64,000 nt of DNA from Eledone cirrhosa (GCA_964016885.1 OZ024742.1:311426001-311490000); one strand, 5' to 3'. Shown: positions 54,040-63,883, counted from the stretch's first letter. The notes: a model not told the origin generated them from the letters alone. A program made the numbers and translations.

Positions 54040-54830
54040 CCATATATCCTACAAAGCACATCCTTTCATTTTAAAAAGTAAAGATGCATCCTGTATTCGA
54101 AATCTAGATGGATGACCATAGCTGCAACAGGATTGCTCAAATAGGGCTGACCTGTTGCTAAAACAACAGAAACCAATGATTAAATAAACATGTGGCAAAT
54201 GTTTTTTATTTAAAATATCCAAGTGGAGCACAACTGGAAGCGATTGGCAGTGGCTGTGACACACTACCAACATGGGACATATCTTTCAATGGCTCAATGG
54301 TTGATTACAGACCAGGGTGGATAGCAATATGGAGGGAGATGAAGAAAGGGACTGTGGAGGAAATGACACAGACACTGAAAAAGATATGAAGTATATTAGA
54401 AAAATCCACCCCTATGTTAATGGAACAAAATTTTGCCAGCTGTGTAATTGAAAAAGTGGAATATACTCTCTGAACTGGCTTCAGAGAAACACTGCCTAAA
54501 TACCTACCTCGACTGATTTAGTTGCTGTCCACACGAAGCAAAATTCATTGAGGAAATGGTATAGACCAGATTAACTGTATTCATTTTCTTTGATTTCCTA
54601 ACTTTGCACAATACAAATTACCCCCCACCGTAATGTTTTTATAGTTACCTCCCAATACATTATCTAAAGGATTTGTCCATTTATTGCTAAATTTGCGATT
54701 ACCTGCCCTTGAAGAGCTCTCTGGTATTTTCTAAAAACTTCAAAATAATCTGTGGAGATAGCCATCTTTATTTATATAGCAAGCTGAATGAGTTGGGGTG
54801 TATAACCCACAAAACTTAAGTACTTGTATA
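54040..54830 (+). mobile_element. Decayed 3' end of a Penelope-like retroelement (GIY-YIG endonuclease C-terminus plus 3' UTR)
   Basis: Translating 54384-54550 across frameshifts gives I*SILEKS.PYVNGTKFCQLCN..KWNIL....LN....FSCCPHEAKF. This matches the PLE C-terminal pattern W.IL..A.PY..G...C.LC..EK......LNKRSEL...CRH..KF. A hammerhead-like motif follows. Confidence 0.65.
54779..54827 (+). ncRNA. Degenerate type I hammerhead ribozyme (PLE-type, minimal palindromic stem III)
   Basis: CAAG - CTGAATGA - GTTGGGGT..ACCCAC - AAAA - CTTAAG - TA - CTTG. Stem I is CAAG/CTTG, the core is CUGAnGA with one extra base, GAAA is mutated to AAAA, stem III is the palindrome ACTTAAGT, and the cleavage triplet is GUA. 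Confidence 0.6.
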
Positions 54831-55024
54831 TGTCACTATATATATATAGTGAAAAAAGTTTGATGTTATGTAAGGAAAATTATAAAAATTTGGGTCTGAA
54901 AAGTGCACCTGGTATATATATAAAGGATCTTTATAACATGTACAAAAATTGATGTTAGAAAAGCCTGCTTTCTCCATTTGGGATTATCAAAACAACATTT
55001 GTTATTAGGTACTGACATACTAAC

Positions 55025-57620
55025 ATGTATATTTATTTACAGTTACAGAACAAAAGCATAAACAAATATAATATAAAGGAAAGGGAAAGGAAAAACAAAA
55101 AAGAAAGAGAAAAGAAAAAAAACACATAAGTAGGTAATACATACATCTAGGACCACATACAACAACAGGCAGGCAAAAGGATTGGACAACTGAGCTGCTA
55201 CCAGCGCAAAAGATAACAATATCACGAAGAGCACTGGGAAACCTCTCTAATAATTTTTGAAGCAAGCCAACACGCTCGCAGCGTTACCTTGGGTGATAGC
55301 GAGGCTGATGTGCTGGAACAAGCAAGCGCCCTCACAAGCATCACCAGTTGCCTCTGTTAGGCGAACCGCCAGTGAAGATAAGAACTTTGCAGTCAGTAGC
55401 CCAACTCCCCCAAATGCCTTGAACACCACAGGCTGGAAAATGTAGTTAGCCGACAGATCACGGTATTTTAGGATTTTGTTCCTTTCGGTTGCGGAAGCTG
55501 TGGCTCTCGCCCTAACTGCAACATCCAGGATGTGGGAAGAAGCAAAAGAGTCACTAACTGTGATGTCCTAGATAAGGTATCTGCCTCTTGACCAGGAGCA
55601 CAGGGTAAGGCCATCAGGTATTTTCCCATCAATTCTGGACAACCCAGATGGTTCCAAAATTGAGGGGATGTTTGCCCAGGCCAAAGCTCTCTTAAAGATG
55701 GGGTTTAGCTCCGTGTGACGCAGAAAGTGACCAGCATTCAGACAGCAAGAAAGACCGTGGAAGCATGTGGAGTTGAGGAGTTTGTCACACCGACATCTCA
55801 GACCCATACAGATGTCGGTTCCCATTCTGAGGGCAATGGAGACGCGAAGTTCATCCAAGCTGAGTAGGCCACCAACGTTAGCCATGGGTAGGGTATCAAC
55901 CCAGTCGCCTGAGTATTTGGTGCTGGCAGACAGTAAGCGGCACCTTGGAAACTGATCTGACTGGTTGAAGAGAGAGTCAAAGGTGGCCCTCAAATGTATG
56001 CTGTCCCAAGCTCTCTGACTTCATCTGTCCACAACCTTGTTGGGAACAGACAAACCCAACTCACTCCATCGTAGGAGTTTCATCAAACTCCATGTTGGAG
56101 AGGAGTGGATGTTGCTCACCAGGATGGAGCAAGCGTGGGTGGAGGAAAGGAAAAAGAGGGACGAATATTTACGAAGACAAAGACCCCCAAATTTCTTGGG
56201 CAACGCAGCCTGATCATGGGATTCTGGAGAGAGTCTGATATTGACCAAATACTCAAGTCTCTTGAATATTAAGTCGTCAAAATGTTGGAGACATGACGGA
56301 AATCTGCGAGATGGGCTGACCCTCAGCATATATAGAAGCTTAGAAATCGAAAGGTAGTTTGAGTATGAAAAAACCTTGATGGGGTTTGATTGCCTCAATA
56401 TTCTTCAACAATTGCTCAAGGCCAACCATCTTCGATTGGAAGATTGACTCGAAGGCAAAGTCTGTAATCAGGAGCACCAAGCTGACAGGGGAGGGACCAC
56501 AATGGAAGGGAAGGACTCTGCAAACAGGTCAATTGTCTGTTGATGTTGAGAAGATGGATGGTTGAGGATCCAGAGCTCACATTTGGAGCTATTAACCTGG
56601 AGACCCTGATGGCCGAGCTCCTCTAATCATTTTGTTATCTGTTAGCAGTGACGAGAACCCTACTCGCAGGTCCCACCAAACAAGCGTCATCGAGATACCA
56701 GATGTTGAGGTCCTACTCAACCTACATCTTCGTGATGTCATCAATGCCCTGTACAAACAGAGCGGTCCTGAGTGGGTCTCCCTGTTGAACTCCTAAGGCA
56801 GAGATGATGATTTGGTCACCAAAAGAGAGGTAGGAGGGCCCCTGATAAGCCTGCCAATCAAAGTGGTAGAGTTGTAGGACCTTCTCTCTTACTGATCTGA
56901 GGATGACGGAGTTGAACGCATTTTTGAGGTCAAGTTGGAAAAAGGCTCTGGTTGCATGGGCAGCAGCCTCACATCCCAGCTTGGTACCCACCCCTAGCTG
57001 GATGGGCGAAAATTCCTCTGACATGAGTCAGGATCGATAGCAAACTCACCTTTGCAGTGAAACGGCAAAGGGTGCAACCATCAATGAGGTGCAGGTCTTC
57101 GTTGGGTTTAGTGAGAACGGATAATTCCGCACTGAAGAACAGTGGGCGGATATAGGGAAGAACGTTCACTGAAGAGAACTGATTCAAAAGCTGAGTCAGA
57201 CTCTCCAAGAGCTCAAGTCTGGCATCACCGGCCAATGATGAGATACCATCCTTGAGGTATTGTGGTCGAAGACCACCAATCCCTGCACCTGAATCAGCAG
57301 GGAAGGATGTAATTGCCTTTCTGATGTTAACAGTAGTGTAGACTGGCCTCGAGTATTCTGGTGGTTCGGGCCAGTGTAACTGATCTACTAGGGGTGCCGA
57401 TGGGTGCTTCTCTTTCAGTCGCTCAAGAGAATCAGAGTTACAGAGAGAGAGGGAGGACAGAGAAGAGAGGAGATGGACAGCCCCTTTAATGTCAAATTCA
57501 CTGAATTTGACATTTAGAGCATGCTTAAGGTTTATCGGTTGCCTGTTGGAAGGCACTGAGCTCGATTTCAAACTGAGGTGAGAAGTGGTTGGAGTGGACT
57601 CAAACAGCTGGAACTGTTGC
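55025..57620 (-). mobile_element. 5'-truncated, decayed CRE-clade non-LTR retrotransposon (RT plus restriction-like endonuclease) with 3' UTR
   Basis: Minus-strand ORF fragments give GLRPQYLKD, QLGVGTKLGCEAAAHATR, DLKNAFNSV, GVQQGDPL and WYLDD (56686-56700). They continue with a CCHC knuckle CRC..HGLSC, RHTELN, PDG...W..GR, and E..K..KY. A T-rich 3' UTR ends with AATAAA near 55035. Confidence 0.9.
55247..57571 (-). pseudogene. Frameshifted and stop-interrupted RT-RLE polyprotein of the CRE element
   Basis: Split across ORFs 56969-57571, 56722-57024, 56021-56398, 55568-55993 and 55247-55429, with collinear domains. Confidence 0.85.
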
Positions 57621-57648
57621 TTGTGTCAAAAGTAGAAACAATTATTAC
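57621..57648 (+). mobile_element. SINE 3' tail fragment
   Basis: TTGTGTCAAAAGTAGAAACAATTATT matches the tail of the SINEs at 58352 and 59839. Confidence 0.6.
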
Positions 57649-57739
57649 ATACACACATCTACACAAACACACATAACCAGACTGAGAAAATAATTATTAC
57701 ATGCACACACGTGTGTGCATATGCATACATTTATATGTA

Positions 57740-57950
57740 ACACAGGTATAGCGAACGCTGTTCTGTTTTCTATAGTTTGTCACAGCCCCCTTCCTTCGAC
57801 ACTCATCACATAGATGTGTGTGTATGTAATTATTATTTTGTATACTGTATATATTTATGAATATGTATTTATATTTGCATACTGAAACATAGATGAATTA
57901 CCTCCCTTTGCGTGACGTACAAAAACACAAGAGCATTGTATATTAGTAGA
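57740..57950 (-). mobile_element. Second Helitron-like fragment related to 1137-1507
   Basis: Same minus-strand start A|TCTACTAATATA at 57950. It shares ACATAGATGTGTGTGTAT and CCCCTTCCTTC with the first copy. No clear 3' CTAG end. Confidence 0.45.
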
Positions 57951-58203
57951 TTGTTTATTTGCATGCATTTCTTTTACAATTAAAAAAAATTCTTTCTGTT
58001 ATTCAAGAAAGCCAAGTTACTTCTTGTACATTCCTTATTTTCGTATCTACCTAACTAATTAAACTCGAGAAATGTTCTTCATTAGATCATAGTGAGGCAA
58101 CCATATACACTCGTAGGAATCAGGATTTCTGTGGGTGAAGAAGTTATTGTAATAGATTTAAATGAATACAAAATGAAATTACAAAACCTGGTGGGTCGTA
58201 TTG

Positions 58204-58377
58204 GTGGATTGGCAGTATCGGTAGAGGGTTGTTGGACACCATGCTTTTGGCGCATAGAGTTATGGTCCTTGCCATTCTGAGTTCAAATCCCGCCGAGGTT
58301 AACTTTGCCTTTCATCCTTACGGGATCGATAAAATAAAGTAATTGCTGGCCTTGTGCCAAAAGTAGAAACAATTATT
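58204..58377 (+). mobile_element. tRNA-derived SINE
   Basis: A-box TGGCAGTATCGG, B-box GAGTTCAAATCCC and central GCCTTTCATCCT..GATCGATAAAAT. Highly similar to 59671-59864. Confidence 0.85.
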
Positions 58378-58439
58378 TACACCGCATCTAATGAAAATAC
58401 TCTAACTTTAGAAGTGGTTACTGCTCGAGAATATAAATA

Positions 58440-58582
58440 AGTTCTGATTTAGGCACAAGGCAACGATTTTGGAGGGAGGAGAGGGAAGTCGATTAAATCG
58501 ACCCTAGTGCATTGCTGGTACTTTATTTATCGACCCCTTAAGAATGAACGGTAAAGCTAACCTTTGCGCGATTTGAACTTAG
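58440..58582 (-). mobile_element. SINE fragment (related subfamily) overlapping the end of the ORF
   Basis: Reverse complement of AGTTCAAATC...CTTT.CC.TTCATTCTT..GGGGTCGATAAATAAAGTACCAG...CCTTGTGCCTAAA. Confidence 0.7.
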
Positions 58583-59257
58583 CCTATATATGGAAATATT
58601 TTCCTCTATTTTGGGAGAATCCAATTTACATTCTTTAAGCCTGGCCTCAAAGTTTTTCTTAAGTAACTCTTCCTTTTCAACATTAGATAACTCTTTCTTT
58701 TCAACATTAAATAACTCTTCCTTTAACGTTATTAAATGACGCCCCCATTTTCCAAATTCATTTTTGGAGTGTTTATTTTCTGTCCATAATTCAGCAGAAT
58801 ATTTTTCGCACGGGATTATTATATCGACTATTTCAATCAATGTCTGGTTTGAAAACCAAAAACCTTTTGTTTCTTCAACTTCGAATATTTTACTTTTCAT
58901 TTTCCTTTTCATTTCACCTTTCTCAGCATTTTCCCTTTCTGTTTCCAGGTCGCGTACGATGCTATTGTCCTCTTTCAACTTTTGTGATTCATTTCTTCGA
59001 AGAATTTTGATCAATTTCTGGTAAAATTCGTGATCACTGATCGATTCCCTTTCCAAATACGCTAACAAAATATATTCCATTGATGTCTGTGTTCCCTCAC
59101 TTGATAACATGTTTACAATGGAATGAATATCAAAATCCAAGGAAGCTCCGATTCTCAAGATCAAATCATTCACATCTGATTTATCATTCAACTTTAACAT
59201 TCTATTTGCCAATTGATTAATTCCGATGAAATTGAAGTGGCTTTTCGTTGCTGACAT
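58538..59257 (-). CDS. Hypothetical protein (239 aa from ATG at 59257); helical N-terminus possibly death-domain-like, K/E-rich coiled-coil C-terminus
   Basis: 720-nt uninterrupted, non-repetitive ORF in very AT-rich DNA with natural amino-acid composition. The last ~15 codons come from a SINE. The domain guess is from pattern only. Confidence 0.5.
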   Translation of the reverse strand: MSATKSHFNFIGINQLANRMLKLNDKSDVNDLILRIGASLDFDIHSIVNMLSSEGTQTSMEYILLAYLERESISDHEFYQKLIKILRRNESQKLKEDNSIVRDLETERENAEKGEMKRKMKSKIFEVEETKGFWFSNQTLIEIVDIIIPCEKYSAELWTENKHSKNEFGKWGRHLITLKEELFNVEKKELSNVEKEELLKKNFEARLKECKLDSPKIEENISIYRLSSNRAKVSFTVHS

Positions 59258-59670
59258 GTTCAAAATAATGTTAACTACTTCCTGGTTTATATTATGAATA
59301 TAGGAGTCACTGCTTCACGGAATGAAATGATATTTATGCATATATTTAAAACAAATAAATTAAAATTAAATATTGGTATATTATAACATACGTAACAACA
59401 ATAATAATGTTTTTCAGTCTTGCCTAGCAGTATAGAACCTCACAATTTCAATGTAACAAATAATCCAAAGCACAGAAATAGTTAAGCACCGTCGCGAATG
59501 TTATCTGCTACTGAATGTATAGTGTGTAAATGCGTGATTTAGAATGTTTAGTGGGTGTTGGATAAACATGGATGTTAGATATATGTATAAGTACACAGAC
59601 TGATATATACTGGGGCAATGTGAGAGAACTAATTATTACTTTCAATTATGTCTGTATTTATTATTAAATA

Positions 59671-59864
59671 CGGGAAGTGGATTGGCAGTATCGTTAGAGA
59701 GTCGGACACCATGCTTTGTAGCATAGAGTTACGCCCCTTAGAATCTGAGTTCAAATCCCGCCGAAGTTAACTTTGCCTTTCATCCTTACGAGGTCGATAA
59801 AATAAAGTACCACTAATACACTAAAATAATTGCTGGCCTTGTGCCAAAAGTAGAAACAATTATT
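59671..59864 (+). mobile_element. Apparently full-length tRNA-derived SINE with probable TSD
   Basis: A and B boxes as at 58204. ATTATTAAATA occurs at both 59660-59670 and 59859-59869. Confidence 0.85.
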
Positions 59865-60369
59865 AAATATTCCACGTGGATTATAGTTAATATACAAAGT
59901 AGATTAATGGGAGATAACTCAAATGTGAATTGACTGTTTCTCCAGTAAATAAAATTATCACCCAACAACGTTGAATAATATTAAGTTATCGGCGGCCGAA
60001 ATTGATAAGTTTGGTTTTAACTCTTCAAAAGAAGAAAAAAAAGGAAATTTATAGAAGAACATTCCATTGCTCTCATGAAACGATACAGAACAATAATGAT
60101 TTTTTTTCCTCGTTTTTTTTTTTTTTTTTCGTGTGCTACCAATTAAACTTACCCCCGACTCTAACCCTTAATATGGGATACTAAATAGCACTCCCCACCA
60201 TCCAGCTATTTTTCATTGGTGCACTCTCAGATTGAGAGAAAATCGCTTACAATAAAAAAAAATCTGAAATAAATTCATTGAATTAGAGTGCCCACCCAGA
60301 ATGTTCAGAATGTTCACCGCTCTCTCCATACCCAGATCTGGTTAGACTCTATTGTAACGTCTAGTTAGA

Positions 60370-61420
60370 CTCTGGTAACAGTGAACTTTAGCTCATGTAG
60401 AGCTGAAATATGCTAAACCTTTGTTCATGTAGAGCTGTAATATGCAGAACCTTTGTTCATGTAGAGCTGAAATATGCTAAACCTTTGTTCATGTAAAGCT
60501 GTAATATGCTAAACCTTTGTTCATGTAGAGCTGTAATATGCTAAACCTTTGTTCATGTAGAGCTGAAATATGCTAAACCTTTGTTCATGTAGAGCTGTAA
60601 TATGCTAAACCTTTGTTCATGTAGAGCTGTAATATGCTAAACCTTTGTTCATGTAGAGCTGTAATATGCTAAACCTTTGTTCATGTAGAGCTGAAATATG
60701 CTAAACCTTTGTTCATGTAGAGCTGTAATATGCTAAACCTTTGTTCATGTAGAGCTGAAATATGCTAAACCTTTGTTCATGTAGAGCTGTAATATGCTAA
60801 ACCTTTGTTCATGTAGAGCTGTATTTGCAGAATCTTTGTTCATGTAGAGCTGTAATATGCAGAATTTTTGTTCATTTAGAACTGTAATATACTCAAAATA
60901 GATTCAGTAGCTTCATATGCAGCCATCTGTCATCAAGATATCCCAAAGTGTATTGTGATCAACAGAATCAAAGTCTGCTGTGAAGTGTATGGGGATCAAT
61001 AATCAAAAGCTGCTGTGAAATTCAAAATATAAGTAAGGGTTTGCTGTTGATAACTTTAATGTTGTTCCAGAGCCTTTCTCAAACTGAAGATTTGATCTGT
61101 GCAGCCTTGGTCATGCTGAAAACTGATTTGGCTTCGTGTATTAAAATCTTCATAGGAGAATGATGATGAATATCTTAGCTACAATACCTATCAAACTGGT
61201 GACCTTGAAGAAAAGGAGAACTAAATCACTCTAGTTTTGTGGATAGAATCTGCGATCCAGATGCATGTGATCACATGGTGCAATTAGGGAGCCAAGATAT
61301 CAGAACAGCTTTTTTAATATTTCAGTAGATAAACTATATTCATCAGATTTGTTGTCTACATTGACCTCTTTGACATTTGTATATCTGAATTGCATATGTA
61401 AGGAGTACTGTCTATGCATA
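60370..61420 (-). mobile_element. Decayed RTE-clade LINE reverse transcriptase fragment
   Basis: The minus strand translates to QISFQHDQGCTDQIFSLRKALEQH*SYQQQTLTYILNFTAAFD, then FDSVDHNTLWDILMTDG, then KLLNLF*VYYSS. This matches the RTE RT pattern QxGFR.GRGC.DQIFTLR..LE...DF.AAFDSVDR..LW. It may extend to ~61,830. Confidence 0.75.
60385..60890. repeat. 32-bp minisatellite, ~16 copies (GTTCATGTAGAGCTGTAATATGCTAAACCTTT)
   Basis: Period 32 (60423, 60455, ...). Confidence 0.95.
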
Positions 61421-61894
61421 TTTGGACGTGCTGGTTGGCAGAGAAGTTGTGGTTGAGCAGATTTGAAAGTTGGGTACAATATCAGCTGAGATGCTCATCT
61501 AGGTTCTAGGTAACTTTAACTTGTGCATCAAAGATAATTTTACTTGTGGCTGGGCAGCTCTTTGTAGTTGATTTTAGAAGTTTCCACAGCTTTGCGAATC
61601 TCCAATAGAAGCTGCATGCTCCATTTCTAGAACAATAGTGCATCATAATCCACTATAATCAATATATGGGGACCAGGACATCTATCTTCGGAGTTACTGG
61701 TGATTAGTAAGTTCTAGTAGTGTATAACCTCCAAAAATCCAACCTTTTCGACTCTGCTTTGTAAGTCATCATTCTTGAACCATTTCCTCTTGTAAATATA
61801 GTTTGCAGTTGATCAAGCCATTGAAATGATTGTGTAATGGAGATAATTATATGAGAATATATATTTTATCAAGAACAGGTCATATAGAATCACC

Positions 61895-62100
61895 TAATAA
61901 AAAAGAAAAAAAAAACAAATAACAGAAAACAGGATTGTCAAATGAAGAAAATAAAAGGGAGGGGACACACTCAATCACACACCAAATAAAAGGAGTGCTG
62001 GAGGTGTGTGAGAGTGGTAATAAGGTGCTATAATAACCAAGCACCCTCACAATCATCATGTGTATAGTTGAAAGAATAAGGTGGAGGTGGTGATAAGTTT
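61895..62100 (-). mobile_element. Diverged 3'-end fragment of a CRE-like element
   Basis: The minus strand gives THDDCEGAWLL*HL, compared with TGDACEGACLFQHI in the 55-57 kb element. A T-rich UTR follows. 62032-62052 is a 20/21 inverted match to 62230-62250. Confidence 0.5.
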
Positions 62101-62151
62101 GAGACACTTCAGTTCACGTTCCTTCAATTAGCTCATCTGCGAAAATGAGAT

Positions 62152-62507
62152 GTTTGGGGGAGTCGGGCTACTGACTGCGAGATTCCTATCTTCACTGGTG
62201 GCTCGCCTAACCGAGATAACTGGTGAAGCTTGTGAGGGCGCTTGGTTATTCCAGCGCATCAGCCGAGCTTTATGCCGCGAGCGTGCTGGCTTAGCCTAAA
62301 AATTATTAGAGGTTTCTGAGTGCTTCTCACGATACTGTTATCTTTTACTCTGGTAGTGACTCGGTTGCTCACCCCTTTCCCCTACCTTTTGTTGTATGTG
62401 GTCCCAGATGTGTGCTAACCACTTCTGTGTTTTTTTTTCCTTTTCTTTCTTTATTTTTGGTTTTCCTTTTCCTTTATATTATATTTGTTTGTGCTTTTGT
62501 TCTGTAA
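62152..62507 (+). mobile_element. 5'-truncated CRE element copy (end of RLE plus 3' UTR)
   Basis: Collinear reverse complement of ~55040-55415 (TTTGGGGGAGT.GGGCTACTGACTGC...CCTTTATATTATATTTGTTT.TGCTTTTGTTCTGTAA). Confidence 0.85.
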
Positions 62508-62574
62508 GCACTGTATTATTATATGTCTTTTTATACAACAGTGAATAAAGACTTATGCAGGGTGACCACAGTGT

Positions 62575-62720
62575 AATTCAAAGGACCAGCCTTGTCACAT
62601 ATTGTGTTGCGTTGGATTGCCCCGAAAACTATGTTAAAGGTGCATGTGTCTGTGGAATGCTCAGCTAATTACAAATTAATTTCACGAGCAGGTAGTTCCA
62701 TTGATTGGATCAACGTCGGA
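62575..62720 (+). mobile_element. Probable SINE body fragment
   Basis: Resembles an abundant octopus interspersed repeat (CCAGCCTTGTCACA...GTGTCTGTGGA.TGCTCAGC...TTAATTTCACGAGCAGG). From memory only. Confidence 0.35.
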
Positions 62721-62914
62721 AACAACATGGACCTGTAACTCCTCATTGAGTCGTATGAGTGCTGTAGTGACATACGGCGTGTCTTGGGAATTTAAATCCT
62801 GGCGGAATCCATTTCATCTCCCACCAGGTTTGAACACGGCCGATTTCTTCCAGAGAAGAGAGACAGTGTGGAAGTGAGAAAGAGATAGTAGAAGAAGAAT
62901 CGAGCCCACTGCTG

Positions 62915-62990
62915 AACTGGTACATAGTTTTATCGACTTCGAAAGGATGAAAATTAAAGTGGACTTGGGTGATATTTGAACTTAGAGTAC
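62915..62990 (-). mobile_element. SINE central fragment
   Basis: GGTAC...TTTTATCGAC..CGAAAGGATGAAA...ATTTGAACT is the reverse complement of the SINE B-box and central domain. Confidence 0.6.
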
Positions 62991-63197
62991 GGAAAATGCC
63001 GGGACGAATTCGCCGCCTTTCAAAATTATACATACCACCAAAGTGAAAGTGTATTTCGTAATTTTTGGATCCAGAACTAAATTAATATACTATTATTAAT
63101 TCGGCTCCATTTTCAACGGGCACTACAACGCTATTAGCTGTCAGTCGAAGCAGCCGATGAAAGCAAAACATCGTTTATTTACGTATTACTACCACGC

Positions 63198-63296
63198 GTA
63201 AGTGGAGTTACTTAAATGAAATTTTTTTTTTTCACTCGTTTTTTTTATTTTTTTTTATTAAAGCATATATATGTAAGTGGAGTTACTTAAATGAAA
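63198..63296. repeat. 24-bp direct repeat flanking a T-rich insert
   Basis: GTAAGTGGAGTTACTTAAATGAAA at 63198-63221 and 63273-63296. Confidence 0.85.
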
Positions 63297-63301
63297 ATAT
63301 A

Positions 63302-63320
63302 GGTGGCCCTTAAAAGGGCC
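63302..63320 (-). promoter_or_regulatory. Histone mRNA-type 3' stem-loop (orphan)
   Basis: The minus strand reads GGCCCT-TTTA-AGGGCC-ACC, matching the 6-bp stem, 4-nt loop and ACC consensus. Confidence 0.65.
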
Positions 63321-63396
63321 AAATTCGAATATACCGCTGCGTTTTTACAGTTTTACTAGTTACACATACACACACATATATATATATATATATACA

Positions 63397-63475
63397 CACG
63401 GTGTCCCCTCCAAAATATATACACACTTTGATTACTTTGCTGTTGAAGTGTGTATACATTTTTTGGGACACTGTG
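63397..63475. mobile_element. ~80-bp Tc1/mariner-type MITE within a (TA)n tract
   Basis: TIRs CACGGTGTCCC....AAAATATATACACACTT and AAGTGTGTATACATTTTTTGGGACACTGTG. Confidence 0.65.
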
Positions 63476-63477
63476 TT

Positions 63478-63479
<2 letters not shown>

Positions 63480-63540
<61 letters not shown>
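63480..63540. repeat. (TA)n microsatellite
   Basis: About 30 units. Confidence 0.97.
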
Positions 63541-63543
<3 letters not shown>

Positions 63544-63883
63544 GGGAAGGGAGAAATTTTCGGATGCTATACCTGACATAATAAAAAACCAAAATACACC
63601 CCTAACATTTGTCGGAATATCAATCACGAGAGTAGATAAATAAATATATAAATACATAAATAAGAAATGATAGAAAAGGAAAAAAAAAATCCCTACATTA
63701 TGTAATATTCCCAGTCACCCCTAAATTTCAAAACCGGGAGGGAAAAGTCCGAGGGTTAAAATCCCAAATGATGGTACCTCAAATACTAGTGTATCCCTTT
63801 GCATTACAGTTTAAAGCAATACATGTGATCGCTTTGATGACTCTTATTCGTTTCTAAGGGTCTCATTTTTTTCTCTTCTTTCT

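Noticed and set aside
55257-55955. Plus-strand ORFs within the CRE element (also 58764-59024)
   Set aside because: Antisense shadows of minus-strand coding sequence.
58204-58295. tRNA genes at SINE heads (also ~59677)
   Set aside because: A and B boxes are present, but there is no cloverleaf and the sequence continues into a shared SINE body and tail.
60972-61020. GCTGTGAA motifs as outlying copies of the giant satellite
   Set aside because: Only ~9-10 bp are shared, and they are explained by the antisense of the RT codons FTAA.
63305-63360. Helitron 3' hairpin as the explanation for GGCCCTTAAAAGGGCC
   Set aside because: The nearest CTAG is ~36 nt away, too far, and the motif fits the histone stem-loop including the ACC.
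63310-63657. ORFs with IYIYIY runs
   Set aside because: Translations of (TA)n tracts.
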